Source: Vicugna vicugna
Lineage: Eukaryota
DNA: 64,000 bases
Assembly (NCBI GenBank): GCA_013265495.1
Contig: MU057989.1
Location: 573,513 to 637,512, forward strand
Reading direction: 5' to 3'
Every line of letters begins with the position of its first letter. Within the stretch, counting starts at the first letter, position 1. Under the pieces are notes generated by a model, which worked only from the letters and a program-made list of their open reading frames with translations, was not told where the DNA came from and ran no database searches. The position numbers and the translations under genes were made by a program. This document shows positions 13,616-25,125 of the stretch, one piece after another.

Positions 13616-15053
13616 ATTAAAGTTAAGAACTGGCCTTTGAAAACATGGAAGTACTTTCAGTAGAAATGCTAGAATCCACAATAGCTGTGTGTCTTAGAGC
13701 CCAGTGTTTTCCCTGAAAGTTGAACAGGTTAAAAATCCTACCCCTTGGGTCAAGAGCCTTATCCCAAGGATACTGGGTAGGGAGGAATGTATAAAACCCA
13801 AGAGATAAGAAAGAGATGCTTGTTTATTATGAATCTCTCCCTTTTCTATCAAACCTCAATTTTTTTAATGTTTTAGAATCAACTTTATTGAAGTTTAATA
13901 TACATGCAACACGATGTACACAATGAGTTTAATGTATGTATATATGTGTTTGCGTGCGTACGTAGATGTTTGTGTATGTAACCATCACCATCAGAACAGT
14001 TCTGTCCCCTCGGGAAGTGCCCGCCCCTACCTCTTTGCAGTCAGCCCCCAGCCTCAGGAACCAGAGGTCAAGGCCTTGCTTCCTGGCACTTACTGTGGCT
14101 CCACCTCCCCAGGTGCTCCCTCCTGTGTGTGGCCATCCAGACCCCGGGCTCTGCCAGCTGGTTTTGTCGGTTGCCTGCACTTTTCCTGCCAACTCCGGTA
14201 GAGAGACTGGTGGGAGTGAGCTGACTGGGTCCTGTCCTCCCCCTCCTTTCCCTGGGGGCTCAGGGCATGTTGCTCTTGGTTAGGAAAGCAGTAGGGCACA
14301 GCCGAGGAGACACCCAGAGCTCTGCCAAGGATGCTCAGGGCAGGCAGTCCTGTCACCCTGTTTCTCAGGCTGACTTAAGCCCATCACATCCCAGATGAAC
14401 CACCAGTTCTCTGCGGAAGAGGACAACATGGAGTTTCCCAGCACAGGTCAAACGCTGGAGCTGAGAGTCAAGTTGAGATTCATCTGGTGATTCGAGGTTT
14501 GTGTTGACTTCCCAGAGAGGCAAATCTGAGCTTGATCTTTCCTTTCTCATAATCACCTAAGCAACTACACTGTGAAAACCCACAGACAACTCAGATGCAC
14601 TTGGTTGAGACTTGATAACTTTCTTTGGCCACTTCTTACACACTCCAAGCCAAAGAAAGATTATTTTATTTGAATATGAAATATTCTAATTGACCCAAAT
14701 CTGGAGCAAGAGCCAGGTGGGCTGACAGCTCTTCCTCATCTCTGTGAGTCTGTGACTCCCACCAGCCTCCCTACCTTCAGCCTCATCTTCCGCAGAGCAC
14801 CCCCTCCCCGACCCTAGTGGGCTTGGCTCAGAGGTGGGGCCCAGGGAGGTGGGATGTGGGCCAGTCCCATTGCAGGAGCGCATCTACAGGGCAACAGTGT
14901 GAGCCCCTGCAGTTTGACTTGTGGGCTGGAAAGCTAATTCTTTCAGGAATCTACTGTGACTTCCTTCAAAAAGAATCTTTTTTTATCCATGTGTTCACTA
15001 GAGAATCACTCTCTCTCAAGATTGGGGCTGGTTTTTGTTTTCTTCTTTACTAA

Positions 15054-15137
15054 TTTTTTTTTTAACGGAGATGCTGGGGATTGAACCCAGGACCTCCTGC
15101 ATGCTAGGCATGTGCTCTACCACTGAGCTGTTAGCCC
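15054..15137 (-). mobile_element. tRNA-Ala-derived SINE
   Basis: polyT followed by ggggattgaacccaggacctcctgcatgctaggcatgtgctctaccactgagct (reverse complement of the family). Confidence 0.85.
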
Positions 15138-15159
15138 GTGCCCTCAGTTTTTGTTTTCT

Positions 15160-15525
15160 TCGTGACAGCTTTGTTGAGGTGCAGTCGACATACCATACAG
15201 TTCACACGAAGTGTACCATTCAGTGTATTCACAGAACTGTGCATGTCACTACGTTCAGTGTCAGAGCATCTTCACCTCTCCCAAAAGAAGCCCCCACACC
15301 CTTAGCCATCATCCTCCGAGCCTCCCAACCCCCCTCCCAACCGTAGGCAACCACTAATCTGCCTTCTGTCCTATGGATTTGCCTGTTCTGGACATTGCAT
15401 GGCCTTTTGTTCTGGCTTCTCACTCAGCATCCTGTTGGCAGCGTTCATCCACATTGTAGCAGGTATCAGTGCTAAATATCCACTCTGCGGATAGATGCAT
15501 TTTATTGAGTTGCTTCCACTTTAGG
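15160..15525 (-). mobile_element. Old L1M 3' fragment
   Basis: cagctttgttgagg...ggcaaccactaatctgccttctgtcctatggatttgcctgttctggacatt typical of antisense L1MB-like ends. Confidence 0.65.
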
Positions 15526-18500
15526 TGTGTTTTGGGGGAGCCCACAGTGGGCTCCCACTTGCACTCCTTTGCTCAATTTAGAGCAGAGGTTGTGTCCTCA
15601 CTGGGGCATTGAGCAGCGTTTTTATATGTCATCCTGATTGGCCACTGGGTTGGGCAGGTGATGTATTTGGGCTTGTCTACCAGAATTTTCCCTGAAGGCA
15701 GTTGCCACTGGGAGAGGAGGGCCCTTGTCTCAGGAGTCTTCTCATATGGTGTAGGGTTATTGACTGTCCCAAAGGCTTTGACAGGGGTTCCTACATTTCC
15801 CAGTTCTCAGCCCTGAGGGAAAGGGGAGGGGCGCTGCCCCAAACTGGCCTGGTGGTCAAGACTTCGCACTTTGGGCAGCTTCAGTCCCAGTTTCTAAAAC
15901 AGTGTCCTTTGCACTTGGGTGTCACTGTCGCTGCTTGAAACCTCCATGGAGTTTGGAGGTTGGTTAATTTGGATCCCAAGTGGTATTCCCTGCACCCATG
16001 ACGCTCTGAACCAGGCACCTGACCCTGGGGCCGTGCTGGCCCCAGAGCAGGTGTGCGGAGACCAAGGCGCCGCCCCGAGCCCGCCGTGCGGAATGTCAGG
16101 GGCATTAGCACCACGCGGAGAAGTGTCCACACAGAAGCTCAGCCTCTGTGGAGAAATTTGATAGGTTGGTGGTTAATTTTAATTAGGAACATTTTCAAAC
16201 ATCCACGTGGCATGCCCATTGTCGAGTCCAACAGTTATTAACATTTCACCATTTTCGCTCCCACTAAGTTCAGTTCCAGAACTTTCTGTCATTTTGCCCC
16301 CAGTGTGCATCTCTTCAGGGACATTTTCTGTGCAATCCCAGTGCTATTCTCGTGCGTAACAAGATTAACAACACCTTCCGTTGGTGCCTTTAGAGGGTTT
16401 TGTGTGTGTGTGTGTGGAATCTGCCGTCGTGGGGGTGGGGGGTCGCCTGCGCAGCGGGGCGTGTGCAGAAACCTCCGGGGAAGCGGCGCTTTGCCCCGGC
16501 GGCGCTGGGCTTGGTCCTGCTCTTGGAGCTGTGCGGTTGCGTTCCGTGGGGCAAGACGGCCCCTTCCCTGGCAAGCAGTCCGGGGCGGTCACATGAGGGC
16601 CCCGCCTCACGGGAGCACGTGGGCTGTGCCCAGGCGCTGACTGGAAACCAGGAGGAGGAAGCGAGGGGTCCCTCTCTCATGTCTGCTCTCAGACCGTGCT
16701 GTGCGGAGAGTTGTGTTGAGGCGGCGTGGTCCCCACCCCTTAGGGTCTGATGTGGCCACGGAGCTCCTGCAGTACCTCTTCCCGCCTCGTCTGCCTCCCC
16801 GCCCACTCCGTGTCTGCTTCAAGGTCACCATGATGTTTCCAGCCTGTGGACCTGGCCTCTAAAACCCCCACCCCAGGTGGTCACCCTCAGGTTGGTTGGT
16901 GCCATGGAGGGATGGGGGACAGTGGCAGACCTGTCAGCCTACCCTGAGCGAACCCTTGAAGGAGCCCTTCTTCCGAGGCAGAGCATCCCAGGGTCTGTCT
17001 AGGGCTCAGAGACTGACAGCTGTCCCACTGGCCCTGTGGTCAAGCCTCAGGGTAGATTTCAGCCCCTGGCGGGTGACAGGTTAGGACATAGCCTTCCCAG
17101 GGACCCTCAGGGAAATGCCTGTGTCTCCTGGGAAGCAGGCAGGAGCAGGGTCAGGACAGCAGGAGGTCACTGACCTTGGGCCCCCTTTGACCTCTGGGCA
17201 TCGCCTGGACCCTCACGGTGCCCACTCCCAGAACTATGACTTCTAGGGTCAGTTTAGGTAAGTTCAGGCTCCCACCACCCCAACCCCAATGTTTGTTAAA
17301 AATTTCAGATATATAGAAAGATTGAATGCATGGACAGTAAGTTCCTGTTTTATATCAACCTGCCACTTGGATCCAACAGGTAATAATAGCATTTTGTCAC
17401 ATTTGCTTCCTAAGTAGTTGAAAACATTTCTGAACCATTTAAAGTTAGTGTTAGGCCTCCTGATGCGTCACTCCAAAGTATTTAAGCATGCATCTCCTAA
17501 GACTGTCTACGTAACCACTATACCCTCCACATCGAAGGCAGTTAAGAACAATTTCATAACACCATCTGCTGTCCAGCCCGTATTTCAATTTCTACAAAAT
17601 GTTGTTTGGCTTTTTTTTTTCCAGTAAGAGTTTACATGTCACATTTGGTTGTAGGTCTCCTTGTTTCTTTTAGTAAATTTTTTTAAAATGATACAGACTT
17701 TTTGAAGAGACCAGGCTAGTTAGTTGTCTTGTAGAATGCCACCCATTCCGTGTTTGTCAGTTGTGGTGTGGTTGATCTTGTGCTGGGTGTTACCTGTGAA
17801 GCTTCAGCCCCAGAATTTTAGGCGGGAACCCTGAGGGCTCTGTGTATTTCACACGGGGGGCACTAGGAGAGGCTGGGCTCCACCCCTGGGAGAGGTGTGA
17901 CTAAGGGATCTCAAGGTTGAAGAGGTTCGACTTCTCCTTGGCGTTCGATCACTAAGTCTTGGGGGTGCGGGTGCTTTGTTAGGGCCTAGCACGTGGCCTT
18001 CCTTTAACTGCAACAAGAGGCTGCTCTGTCAGCAACCTGGATTGAATATAGTTTCCTGATTTAAGAGTCATGCAGCTGATGACCCCTGACTTGAATTTTT
18101 GCTCTCTCGGTCTCTTTTTCTGTGCCCAGCTCTTCATTTGCTGCATAGGGGAGGAGAAATAGCCCACCCAACAAGTGCCATCTCCCCTGGAAATCCAGCA
18201 GGTCACGGGCCCCCCGCTTCCCCACTAGGCTGCGCCAAATGGGGCTGAGCCCTGAATTTCCATGGCAGTCACCACTGGCCATGGTTGGGAGAAATCGGGC
18301 TGGCAGGTCATGTGCTTTCTCCATGGACAGAGAGCAGGTGTGAGAGAGCTGGGAGCCTGGCCAGGGAGAAGCAGGGCTGGTGTAGGTGCTCAGTGGGCAG
18401 CTCAGGGGCAAGGAGGAAAGAGAACACAGGCCAGAGGCAGACTGCCCTCTGTGGGGCACTGGAGCATCCCATGTGAGCAGCGAGGGGACCCTGGATCCCC

Positions 18501-18737
18501 ATCCTGCCAGGCTTTCCTGGGCCTGAATTTCCTCACCTGCAAAGTAGAGGTGACTGTGACCCGTGGTGGGGGGAAACACTGCATGGTTACTGAGGACATT
18601 TTAATCCTTGGGTACAATGTGTGCTTTCCCATCTCGCCTGCTGCACAGGTTGGTATGAAGAGGAGAAAGGAATGGGGTGGGTGGACTGGTGAGGGGGTGC
18701 GGCCGCCCTCCTGATGCCCCTCTCCCTGCAGGTGTGA

Positions 18738-18847
18738 ATGACAGAGGTGGTGCCATCCAGTGCCCTCAGCGAGGTCAGCCTGCGCCTCCTCTGCCACGAT
18801 GACATAGACACTGTGAAGCATCTGTGTGGCGACTGGTTCCCCATCGA
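18738..18847 (+). CDS. NAA60: N-alpha-acetyltransferase 60 (NatF), coding exon 1
   Basis: Acceptor ctgcag|GTGTGA then ATG 18738; MTEVVPSSALSEVSLRLLCHDDIDTVKHLCGDWFPIE; donor GA|gtaagt; 110 nt. Confidence 0.97.
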
Positions 18848-20752
18848 GTAAGTTGAGCGGCCTGCTGTCCCCAGCTGCGGATGGTGGGGCGGGGGCATGG
18901 CTGGGGCATATGTACACAGATCCCCCAGTGCTGATACGCTGGAAGACTTGCTGTGAAGGCCCAGGGTGACCTCACCCATCCGGGGACTCCAGGCCCTGCT
19001 CCCTAACTGCGATCGGGCTCTTTGCACGTCACCGTGTTCCTTATGTGAAGAGCTCCCCTAAAGGGCTTTGCTGAGACTTTAGTTAAGAAGATATTCAATG
19101 CAGTGCTACTTATAATGTTCAGAAGATTGAGAAGCAACTTAAGTATCTTCGCATGAATTGGTTACATATATCAGGGTATGTGTGTGCAAAAAGACAGTAT
19201 CATTCAGCCAGGAAAAAAAAAAATCTGTCACAGGGGTATATTTGTTGACAAAGTTTTTTTAAATGAGATACTAAGTGAAAAAAGTAGACTAGAAACCAGA
19301 GTGTATCACAATCCCACTTTTATTTAAAAACATGTACGCGATAAAAGCTTGGGAGGAGGTGCACCATGTAGCAAATGTTTCTGGTAGTTTGGGTGAGTGG
19401 ATGATTAGCACCTACAGGTTTGTCCGTTTCTGCTTGTCTGTATTTCCCACATCTTTCTGTAATACGCACATAGAGCTTTTGTAGTGAGAAAAATAGTGCA
19501 AACTTTTAAACATTAAAAATAAATAAGATCCTGCCTAACATCCCATTTCCATGAGCCTTAGCCTTAGACTTGTTTAACCCACCGTCGGCAGGAAGGGGTG
19601 GGGGGCATCCCTTGCGTCCCTGATGGGAGTGTGAACTCACAGCTGTCTAGGGGTGTAGGCTGGCAGTGGCTTCGTAGGTTAGAAAGTAAACTCTTCTCAA
19701 GCCAGCAGTCCCACCACTGGAGAGTAAGCCAGTAAGTCCATGGATTGGGTCCTGCTGAGCGTGGCCTGGAGCAGGCAGAGCCACAGTGGGCAGGGCCTCT
19801 GTGGCCCCATGGTGCTCTGCCTGCCTTCCTCTCCTTGCCACTTCCTGGGCCTGAGGCCTCAGGTTCCAGACACAGTGGAGAGACCTGCAGTCCCTCCGGG
19901 CTATGTGGTGGCAGCTCCATGTCCTGGCTGCTGCACCAGCCTGGCTCTCCTGGGGTCAGAAGGCAAGAGTGTGGAGAGGACCAGGAGAGGGGCCTGGGGA
20001 TGCTCAGGTGCTATGGAATCTCCCAGTGGATGGGCAGTGTCCTCTACAGAGCAGACCTGAGCAGAGCACCTCTCTGTTGAGGGCCCAAGGACCTCCTCCA
20101 GCTCTTGGTCTCAAGAAGGCAGCCTGGGCTAACCTGGTATGTCCGTTAGGAGACAGACCCACACACCCTCCTGTCCGAATCTCCTTGGTTGTGGCTGTGT
20201 CTGCCTGTTAATCACTGCGTCCCGGGGCTCTGCAGTCACTGTCTGTTTTCTGCCCTCCTCGGAGGGCTCTTGGTGAGCAGCCCTAGCGGTACTGGACACA
20301 CCTTGCCCTTGAGGGCCTGTCCCCGAAACTCAGATACTACTCAGCTGTGCACTTGGCTCTCCCCACACCACTTCCCCTAGTCTTGGAAAAGTCTCACAGA
20401 GTTCTTGGAAGTCACCCAACTGCCCGCGGGCTGCTGAGGGTCATCTGTCTTAACTCCTCCACCTGCCCCTCCAGGCACTGCTCTCATGGATTTTCCCCTT
20501 CTTGTCTCTGTGTCTTGTAAGATCGTTTTTCCCATCAGAAATTCCCAGTCCCATCTGGACAGATAATTACTTTAAGAAGCTGATACTCTGAGAATGTGAC
20601 AATTTGGTGGAGACCAAGTGATGGGCAGACCCCTTGTCAACCCAGAGTGAGGGACAGAGCAGCCTGGAGTCCCCTGTGGTCCCACTGTCTGCAGCACAAC
20701 AGTGGTTGGACTTGACCCTTGGCGGGTTCACCCGAGTTTGTCTCCTCCTCAG

Positions 20753-20882
20753 GTACCCAGACTCATGGTATCGTGATATCACCTCCAACAAGAAGTTCTT
20801 TTCCCTTGCTGCCACCTACAGGGGCGCCATTGTGGGAATGATCGTAGCTGAAATAAAAAGCAGGACCAAGATACACAAGGAG
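20753..20882 (+). CDS. NAA60: NAA60 coding exon 2
   Basis: YPDSWYRDITSNKKFFSLAATYRGAIVGMIVAEIKSRTKIHKE; ctcag| and |gtgagt; 130 nt, phase consistent. Confidence 0.97.
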
Positions 20883-22837
20883 GTGAGTGTTTGCAGTGGT
20901 GACTTGGTGGTCGCCGTTTCTGGACAGGCCCCCGGGGGCTCGTGACGGCCCCACTGCCTGCTCTGCGGCTCTTTCTCTTGGGGGCCCTGTGTGCGATGCT
21001 TGTACCTAGTTCATTTCTCGCTGTGCGTTCATGACAGTCAGACATGTGCTAAGTAACAAGGCTTGACCACGGTCTCACGCTCATTGCCCGTTTTGAAGTA
21101 GGGAGGAGCGTAAGTGATGCACTGAGAACCTGTGATGTCAGGACTGTGGAAGTGTCTGTGACTCCTACTGGTGGCAGCGTCACAGAAACTGCTCATACTG
21201 CTGTGGCCTGTTGAAGTTAGAGGGTGTGAAAACAAAGATATAATTTCTTTTCATCTAACTTCATAGACCCTTCAAGATCTATCTGTCTAAGAACTGGTGA
21301 AGGTCTTTGGGCACCAGGTTAGCAAATCCTGCCCTAAATGTAAAACGTGAGGCCACAGCTGCAAACGCGTTGTGCCACGTGGTTGACGTGGGTCAATATT
21401 CTGCCTGGTAACTTGGATCACCTTTGCAACCGAGTACTCGGGCCGACCACCACGGGGCTGATTACTCCCAGGAGCGAAAATCCACCAGCAGTGGCAGCTG
21501 GTTCTCTTAGGCCTGAGGCTGTTTCTTCAAAAGTACAAGGATGTCTCTCCCTTGGAAAGACCAGGCCACTCAAGTTTACCCTGTTTTGCCATCCTTAGAT
21601 ACCGGCAAAATTGGTTACTTTTAAGAGTAACTTTTTTTCTCCTGGCTTCCTCCTGAGTTCTTTTCTTCCATTTGTCACTGCTAAGATGTAGCAAAAACAA
21701 GGAAGAAATGTTGGTGCTTTCAGCAAATGTCAATATCTTTTTGATCTTTCCTCTTGAGGAACAAACTGCCCCACCCACTGCAACCCTGCTGTGACTTGTT
21801 TCCCCAGGCCCCTCCCCCACAGCTCTTCCTGAGTGCCCGGGTGACCCCCAGCCCCACAGGCTTGGTAATTAGATCTCTTCGCTCCTTTGAGTGTATTGGT
21901 TTTTCCTTGAGGACAGAGATGGGGACCCTTTCCTTCTGTTCCCTGGGCTCTCAGGAGAGAGAGCTGGCACTTTGTCAGGCCCACATGAGAGGCTGAATGA
22001 ATTCAATGCTGGGCTAAAGCAGAGCCTGTTTAGAGACGTCAGCCGGGAGTGAAGTGCTCACCTTGCCTCTGAGACTGCTGGGCACATCCGCCTCTGTCCA
22101 GGTTAACTGTGGCCAGGAGGACAGGGGCTGGGTGAGAGCAGGGAGTGGGGAGCAGGGGCTACCTGGAACCGGGAGCCACTCAGTGAGCAGTGGATGGGAC
22201 CAGAAAGGCCAAGTCGTCAAGCATCTTTTCCAGTGGGGAAGAAAAACCATGTACACAGCAGATGCTTCTTGTTCTTTATGAGGCAGAAGAACTTGAGAAC
22301 CTCATGGTGGTTGGATCCATGACTCTCTCAGTCCAGAATTCCTCCTCCAGAACCAAGAGACTGGGGTGGCCACCCCCACCTCCCTTCCACTTTACTCTGA
22401 GACCACCTGGGGCGGTGTAGGATCCTTTAGTTGAACTTTCCACACTTTGTGTTTGTCCACCTGTCTTGTCTCTTGGCTATTGAGGGACACGTGGTGAGGG
22501 CCCACCGAGCACCCACGCAGCACAGACATTTCCTTCTTACCGCCATGACCTCGCTCGTTTGGCATTGCTGTCCTTCCTCGTCCGGTCTCCCACCCACCCC
22601 AGGAGAGGTGGCTTTTTGTGTGTGCTCTCATACTAGCAGTTTGTCACAGAAGGACCTGCACCCTCTCATTTCTGTGAGGGGTGGGAGTGGTTCTCCATTG
22701 CCCTCTCTTCTGTCCCCTCCAGCCCTGCCAGGTATTCCCCCAGGTGTCATGGTCGGGAAGTCAGCCTGTGGGACATATTCTGCAGGGGGACCAGGTGCCT
22801 CCACTGTTGACCTGACTGTTTCTGACTTTTCCTTTAG

Positions 22838-22934
22838 GATGGAGATATTCTAGCCTCCAGCTTCTCTGTTGACACACAGGTTGCGTACATTCTAAGCCTG
22901 GGAGTAGTGAAGGAGTTCAGGAAGCACGGCATAG
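22838..22934 (+). CDS. NAA60: NAA60 coding exon 3 (GNAT acetyl-CoA motif FRKHGIG)
   Basis: DGDILASSFSVDTQVAYILSLGVVKEFRKHGI(G); tttag| and |gtaagg; 97 nt. Confidence 0.97.
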
Positions 22935-23708
22935 GTAAGGGGAGCCGAGCTCAAACCCCACCCCGACCACCCCACCCCCACATCCAGTCACTTCCCTCGT
23001 CCTGATGATTCTCCCTCAGAAATATCTCTGTCTCTTCCCTTATCCCTCATCCCTCTGTCTGAGGTCCCGCTTTCATCCTTCCTCCCCCCAGCAAGTCTCC
23101 CGGCCCCACCCATCCCCTTGACCTTGAACCATCCTCTTTCCATGCTTCACCAAGTCTTCCTGCTATGGCCCCTTTCCCAGTGTGACGAGATCAGATTAAT
23201 AATAACTCCCAAACAGCCTCATTTAGGGAATGAACCCCTTTTACTGTGCTCCTCGCCACACACATAGCTTATGTCTTGTCCCAGGGTAGTCTGGATTAAG
23301 AGTAGAAATCATAATTGAACAAACAGTCCCAGCCACCATCTATCAGATGCCTGTCACTGGGGTGCTGTGCCACCCTCATGGCTCCAAATTCCCATCCCAC
23401 TCAGCCACACAGCCAGCGAGCCTCTCTGTTCCATTTTCCCGGGCTCAGACTTACACTCTGTGTTGTCAGAAAGGTCAGTGATCTCCACTACAGGTCTCGC
23501 CCCAGGGAGGGAACTAGCAGGCTGGCATCTGTGGTCCTGGACACCCGAGGGTCTTGGCTAGCAAGCCCCATCTGGCCATGGGATGTTAGGGACTTCAGCA
23601 GTGGGTGGTCGCGGGAAGTCTGTCTTTGGTGCAGAGAGATCTGTGCAAAATCACTTCCTTGTCTGCCTCACACTTCCTTCCCGCCTGCCCTGCTCCTCTT
23701 CCCTGTAG

Positions 23709-23943
23709 GTTCCCTATTACTTGAGAGTTTAAAGGATCACATATCAACCACCGCCCAGGACCACTGCAAAGCCATCTACCTGCACGTCCTCACTACTAAC
23801 AACACAGCAATAAATTTCTACGAAAACAGAGACTTTAAGCAGCATCATTATCTCCCCTATTACTACTCCATACGAGGGGTCCTCAAAGATGGCTTCACTT
23901 ACGTCCTCTACATCAATGGCGGACACCCTCCCTGGACCATCCT
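23709..23943 (+). CDS. NAA60: NAA60 coding exon 4
   Basis: SLLLESLKDHISTTAQDHCKAIYLHVLTTNNTAINFYENRDFKQHHYLPYYYSIRGVLKDGFTYVLYINGGHPPWTIL; tgtag| acceptor; ends at U12 donor ATATCCTTT; 235 nt. Confidence 0.97.
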
Positions 23944-24968
23944 ATATCCTTTCTTTGTCAGGGGTGAGGGATTGTGGCTTCCTAGCAGGGCCCGTGTGCC
24001 AGCTGGAGCCATGGTTGCCTTCAGATGGCATTGGCAAGGCCAAGCTCACGGTACCAGGTGGTGTGGTGGGGAAACCTGGCCAGCACGTCTTGGGAAATGG
24101 TAGCCTGGGTGCAGACATTGGGAAAGAAGACACACTTCGGGCACTCGGGTCTCCCTGGACTTCAGCCTGGTATGAAGGGAGGGTTTTAAACCTCCTAGTC
24201 CAGAATCCATCCATCTGGGAGGACACAGCAGTGAACAGGAGAGACAAAAGCCCCTGTTCTCATGAGGCTGTGTGCTGGCAGGCGGGAAGACAAGGATGTG
24301 AGGTGAGGAGAATTGTTTGCTGTTTTTGAACACCTGGATTTAAACCTTCTTTACCAGGTGTGTAACCCAGAGGTGTGCCCCTGCCCTGCTCCCTCCTCTC
24401 TAAGTCTCTCTAGCCCTTGACAGGTAGGGTGGGGCCAGGAGACTTCCTAGTAGTCATAGGGTGTGGCCCCAAAACACTGTGTATGTGGGAGAGAGAAATT
24501 AAATGGATGAGTCTAGGATTTATCCGGGAATGAGGAGGGTGGCCCCAAACCTTGCAGGCCTCACTCACGTGAAGATAGGTCTCTGTGGAGGTCCAAGGAG
24601 TCAGGACTGTTGACTCCTGCTCATCACAGGGACAGGGCTCTGTCACTCTGAGAACTGAGTGTATGGGGAGAACCAGGAACACTTGCTCTGCCAAGCTCCT
24701 CCCCCAGCACCCAGTCCTGTCCATGTGCCTGAGGCCTCACCCAGAAGGTCCTCTTGTATCCAGGCTCTGCTCTGCATTATTTTGCACAGTGGAGGCCCCT
24801 CCGTCAAATGAGACTTGCCAGCCCTGCAGAGGCTGAGCAGGCCCTTGGCCTCCTATGAGAACGGTGTGCTGTCTGCAACAGCCCACAGTCTCCACGTGGC
24901 CCTGCAGACAGTGCTGCCCTGAGGGGTGGGGCAGGGAAGCCAGTCAGTCTTCCTTAACGGAGCCTCAC
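23944..24968 (+). other. NAA60: U12-type (minor spliceosome) AT-AC intron
   Basis: 5' ATATCCTTT at 23944; branch TTCCTTAAC 24950-24958; terminal AC 24967-24968; removal restores ...PPWTIL-DYIQHLG in frame. Confidence 0.95.
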
Positions 24969-25125
24969 GGACTACATCCAGCACCTGGGCTCTGCACTAG
25001 CAAACCTGAGCCCCTGCTCCATCCCGCACAGGATCTACCGCCAGGCCCACAGTCTGCTCTGCAGCTTCCTGCCATGGTCCAGCATCACCACCAAGGGCGG
25101 CATCGAGTACAGCCGGACCATGTGA
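24969..25125 (+). CDS. NAA60: NAA60 coding exon 5 (C-terminal membrane/Golgi-anchoring region) with stop
   Basis: DYIQHLGSALANLSPCSIPHRIYRQAHSLLCSFLPWSSITTKGGIEYSRTM then TGA 25123-25125; total CDS 729 nt = 242 aa. Confidence 0.96.

Noticed and set aside
23315..23708. N-terminal part of the 262-aa ORF 23315-24103 as coding sequence
   Set aside because: Intronic; only 23709-23943 is bounded by splice sites and matches NAA60
24961..24962. AG as the 3' end of the U12 intron
   Set aside because: Only about 5 nt from the branch adenosine, too close for U12 splicing; the AC at 24967-24968 has the expected spacing and gives the 242-aa protein
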